From Nitrospirota bacterium (GTDB lineage: Bacteria > Nitrospirota > UBA9217), in contig CAWFSF010000005.1 of NCBI GenBank assembly GCA_963818475.1, positions 576,001 through 640,000 on the forward strand: DNA of 64,000 nt. Reading direction: 5' to 3'. Both the position numbers and the translations under genes were made by a program. Numbering within the stretch: position 1 is the first letter of the stretch; every line of letters starts with the position of its first letter. Under the pieces are notes generated by a model. That model saw nothing but the letters and a program-made list of their open reading frames with translations, did no database searches and was not told where the DNA came from. Shown one piece after another: positions 62,022 to 64,000 of the stretch.

Positions 62022-62585
62022 CTATTCCTTGCACTGGCCGCAATCAGTATCGCCGCAGCACGGGTCGGGATTATTGCAACAAGAGTCTTTACCGCAGCAA
62101 GGATCAGGACTTCCACAACAAGGGTCTGGATTTTCACAGCACCTATCAACGCTCGGATCACAAGGGCATCTCCATTCATCAATCGACAGAACAACCGCGA
62201 TTAAGCCAAAAGGTGAACCATTTGTATTCCAACAGTTCGAGAGATCGATATTGGCGTTACCGCATGTTCCTGTATGTCCGGGTGTATAATCGGGTTGCAC
62301 TACACACCAGCCACTGGGATCCGGACAAATGCGCGTTCCCGGTTTAACTCGAGATCGGTCGATTACAGCGGTCCACGTAGTTTTTATAGAACCATTAGTG
62401 TAAGTGCCGTTTGTTACACCGCACGAATTAGTCCATGCATCATTAACACGTTCTAATGTTGCGGTATTTGTGCATATTCTTTCCCATTGACAGCTATCAG
62501 CGGCCATAGCAGAAGATGCAACTATGAATAAATAAGACACGGCGAGAAATAACGCGATTAATTGGTTTATAATTTTAATTCTCAT
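62022..62585 (-). CDS. Secreted Cys-rich protein with PDPCC repeats
   Basis: Signal peptide; CCENPDPCCGSPDPCCGKDSCCNNPDPCCG; GGAGG RBS. Confidence 0.75.
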   Translation of the reverse strand: MRIKIINQLIALFLAVSYLFIVASSAMAADSCQWERICTNTATLERVNDAWTNSCGVTNGTYTNGSIKTTWTAVIDRSRVKPGTRICPDPSGWCVVQPDYTPGHTGTCGNANIDLSNCWNTNGSPFGLIAVVLSIDEWRCPCDPSVDRCCENPDPCCGSPDPCCGKDSCCNNPDPCCGDTDCGQCKE

Positions 62586-62700
62586 TGACAAGCCTCCAAA
62601 TTCATAATCACAACAAAAAGCTTATTAAAATTGAAATAAACAGCCCTCACTTCGACAATAACTATAATGATTGATTCAAATATTCATAGGGGCATCTATT

Positions 62701-64000
62701 CTAATTAGTGATCGTCACCGTTGCCCGAGCTTCACCAATCGCACCACTGACAGGATTAGTAGCACGAATCAGCACAGTATTAACGCCAGAGTACCGCGTC
62801 GATATTCTTTTTTCTGTCGTGTCTGTCGCATCAAGCATATTCCAGATAACATCGTGATAACCAGCTGCTTGAAGTTCATCATCCACCACAGTAACTGCAG
62901 AACCACTCTGCGGTGATACCGTAATCGTTACTCTTGCCTCACGAGAGAGGTTATACTGAAGGTGTGTTAATTGTCCATAAATGGGGTCTAGAGCGTAAGG
63001 ATCCGTTTTAGCTTGAAGTATTTTCGGGGTGTCTCCTGTTGTAATAATATAGTTCTCACTCATAATTGATGGCATAAAGCAAGCTGCCACACCACATCCA
63101 TTAACAATAGAGCCGTTTGTGTCTCGCACGTCCCAGTCAAAACTATAAGTTCCTGGCGCAAACGCAAGACCACTAATCAAATTATAATTTGCATTTTGCC
63201 CTAAAATATTTAAATAAACCCTTCCAGGCTGATTTAGTGTGTAGGTTACAGTCAGTGGATCGTTTTGCACTGGATTACAGCTGCTATCTTGAGAACATAT
63301 AATCGTCCCTGCGTGATATAGTGGCGCTGGATCGTAAGTTGCACTCGTTTCGCCATCTCCCGCAGATAAAACATATAAATATGCTTCATCCGGAACGATA
63401 TTGCCAAGGCTATCGTGACCATCCCAGGTAAAGGGGTACACTCCACCCGCAGGACAGTTCTTGGTGTCCTGGTAGACCGGCGCACCTGTTGACCCCTTGC
63501 TCTCGGGAATAATCTTGATGGTAGCTGTAGCGGCCCGGTTCAAGGTAAAGTAGATCGTTGAAGACTCTGACTTTTCCGTATTTATGACATTGTTGCTGAT
63601 ATTAACGGACAAAATTACTATCGCCTCCAGCCTTATCAACGATGAAGCAGGCGTCGTATTCCCCGCGGTGTCTTCTGCAGTGGCCACAAATAAGTTGTCA
63701 CCCGCTGCTAATTTAGTTATTGAGCAGCTCCAGGTCGTCGGCGTCGGATAGGTGACCGGTCCCACTACAGCAGGGGTATCTACCGTGATCTTAATTATCG
63801 CATTAGATTCCATGGTCCCGGTTATCGTCTGACTTGCGGTATATGTCGGGGACGTCACGGGATCCATGCTGAGCATAGGCGGAACCGTATCAACCAGGAA
63901 ACCTGCTTCGGCGAAGCCCAATTTACCGATGCTGTTCACCGCTTCTACTCTTACGGTGTGCGTCCCGGAGGATAAGAGGTCAAGATTGCTTCCGGACACT
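62701..64000 (-). CDS. Large Ig-like / FlgD-Ig repeat surface protein (begins beyond the window)
   Basis: DT.PP and D.AGN Ig motifs; F.WDG.D..G..VPD..Y FlgD-Ig repeats. Confidence 0.75.
   Translation of the reverse strand, partial: VSGSNLDLLSSGTHTVRVEAVNSIGKLGFAEAGFLVDTVPPMLSMDPVTSPTYTASQTITGTMESNAIIKITVDTPAVVGPVTYPTPTTWSCSITKLAAGDNLFVATAEDTAGNTTPASSLIRLEAIVILSVNISNNVINTEKSESSTIYFTLNRAATATIKIIPESKGSTGAPVYQDTKNCPAGGVYPFTWDGHDSLGNIVPDEAYLYVLSAGDGETSATYDPAPLYHAGTIICSQDSSCNPVQNDPLTVTYTLNQPGRVYLNILGQNANYNLISGLAFAPGTYSFDWDVRDTNGSIVNGCGVAACFMPSIMSENYIITTGDTPKILQAKTDPYALDPIYGQLTHLQYNLSREARVTITVSPQSGSAVTVVDDELQAAGYHDVIWNMLDATDTTEKRISTRYSGVNTVLIRATNPVSGAIGEARATVTITN

Noticed and set aside
32500-64000. 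Type VI secretion association of the Rhs genes
   Set aside because: No PAAR, VgrG, Hcp or EagR seen; both carriers start with signal peptides.

Overview
GC-rich bacterial chromosome segment. Gene order and protein style suggest Nitrospirota or Desulfobacterota (inference). It looks like an imperfectly polished long-read assembly: many essential genes between about 0.6 and 39 kb carry single-base frameshifts. The backbone is housekeeping: EndoQ-like PHP protein, tRNA thiolase-like enzyme, kinases, a sigma-70 factor, pyrF/pyrE, suhB, a decaheme cytochrome, ilvD-ilvB-ilvN-ilvC-psd-pssA-leuA-leuC-leuD-leuB-asd-asd, rlmN, rluA-lgt-lspA-ileS, PBP1A and a macrodomain protein. Two accessory polymorphic-toxin loci interrupt it. 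(1) 32.5-39.6 kb: a secreted teneurin-like YD/Rhs protein with an L,D-transpeptidase-like tip, its immunity gene and an orphan immunity gene. (2) 50.5-64 kb: a Sec-signal Rhs with a 13-Cys tip, an orphan Rhs-tip/immunity cassette and a truncated Rhs. The main signal is that the junctions between downstream cassettes in both loci are occupied by HUH/Y1 (RAYT-like) transposase sequence ending in short GGGG(A/T)C terminal motifs. These comprise one intact transposase between 23-bp inverted repeats, two near-identical transposase 5' stubs fused at the same nucleotide to two different Rhs alleles, and a non-autonomous mosaic element present once in each locus. This suggests an HUH-driven toxin/immunity cassette capture or shuffling system. 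Smaller findings: a candidate leucine attenuator built into the 3' end of pssA, an unannotated small Cys-rich gene in the leu operon, 7-mer and 9-mer intergenic repeat families, and a divergent HTH pair. No CRISPR array, rRNA or confident tRNA was seen. All family assignments are by motif recognition, not database search.
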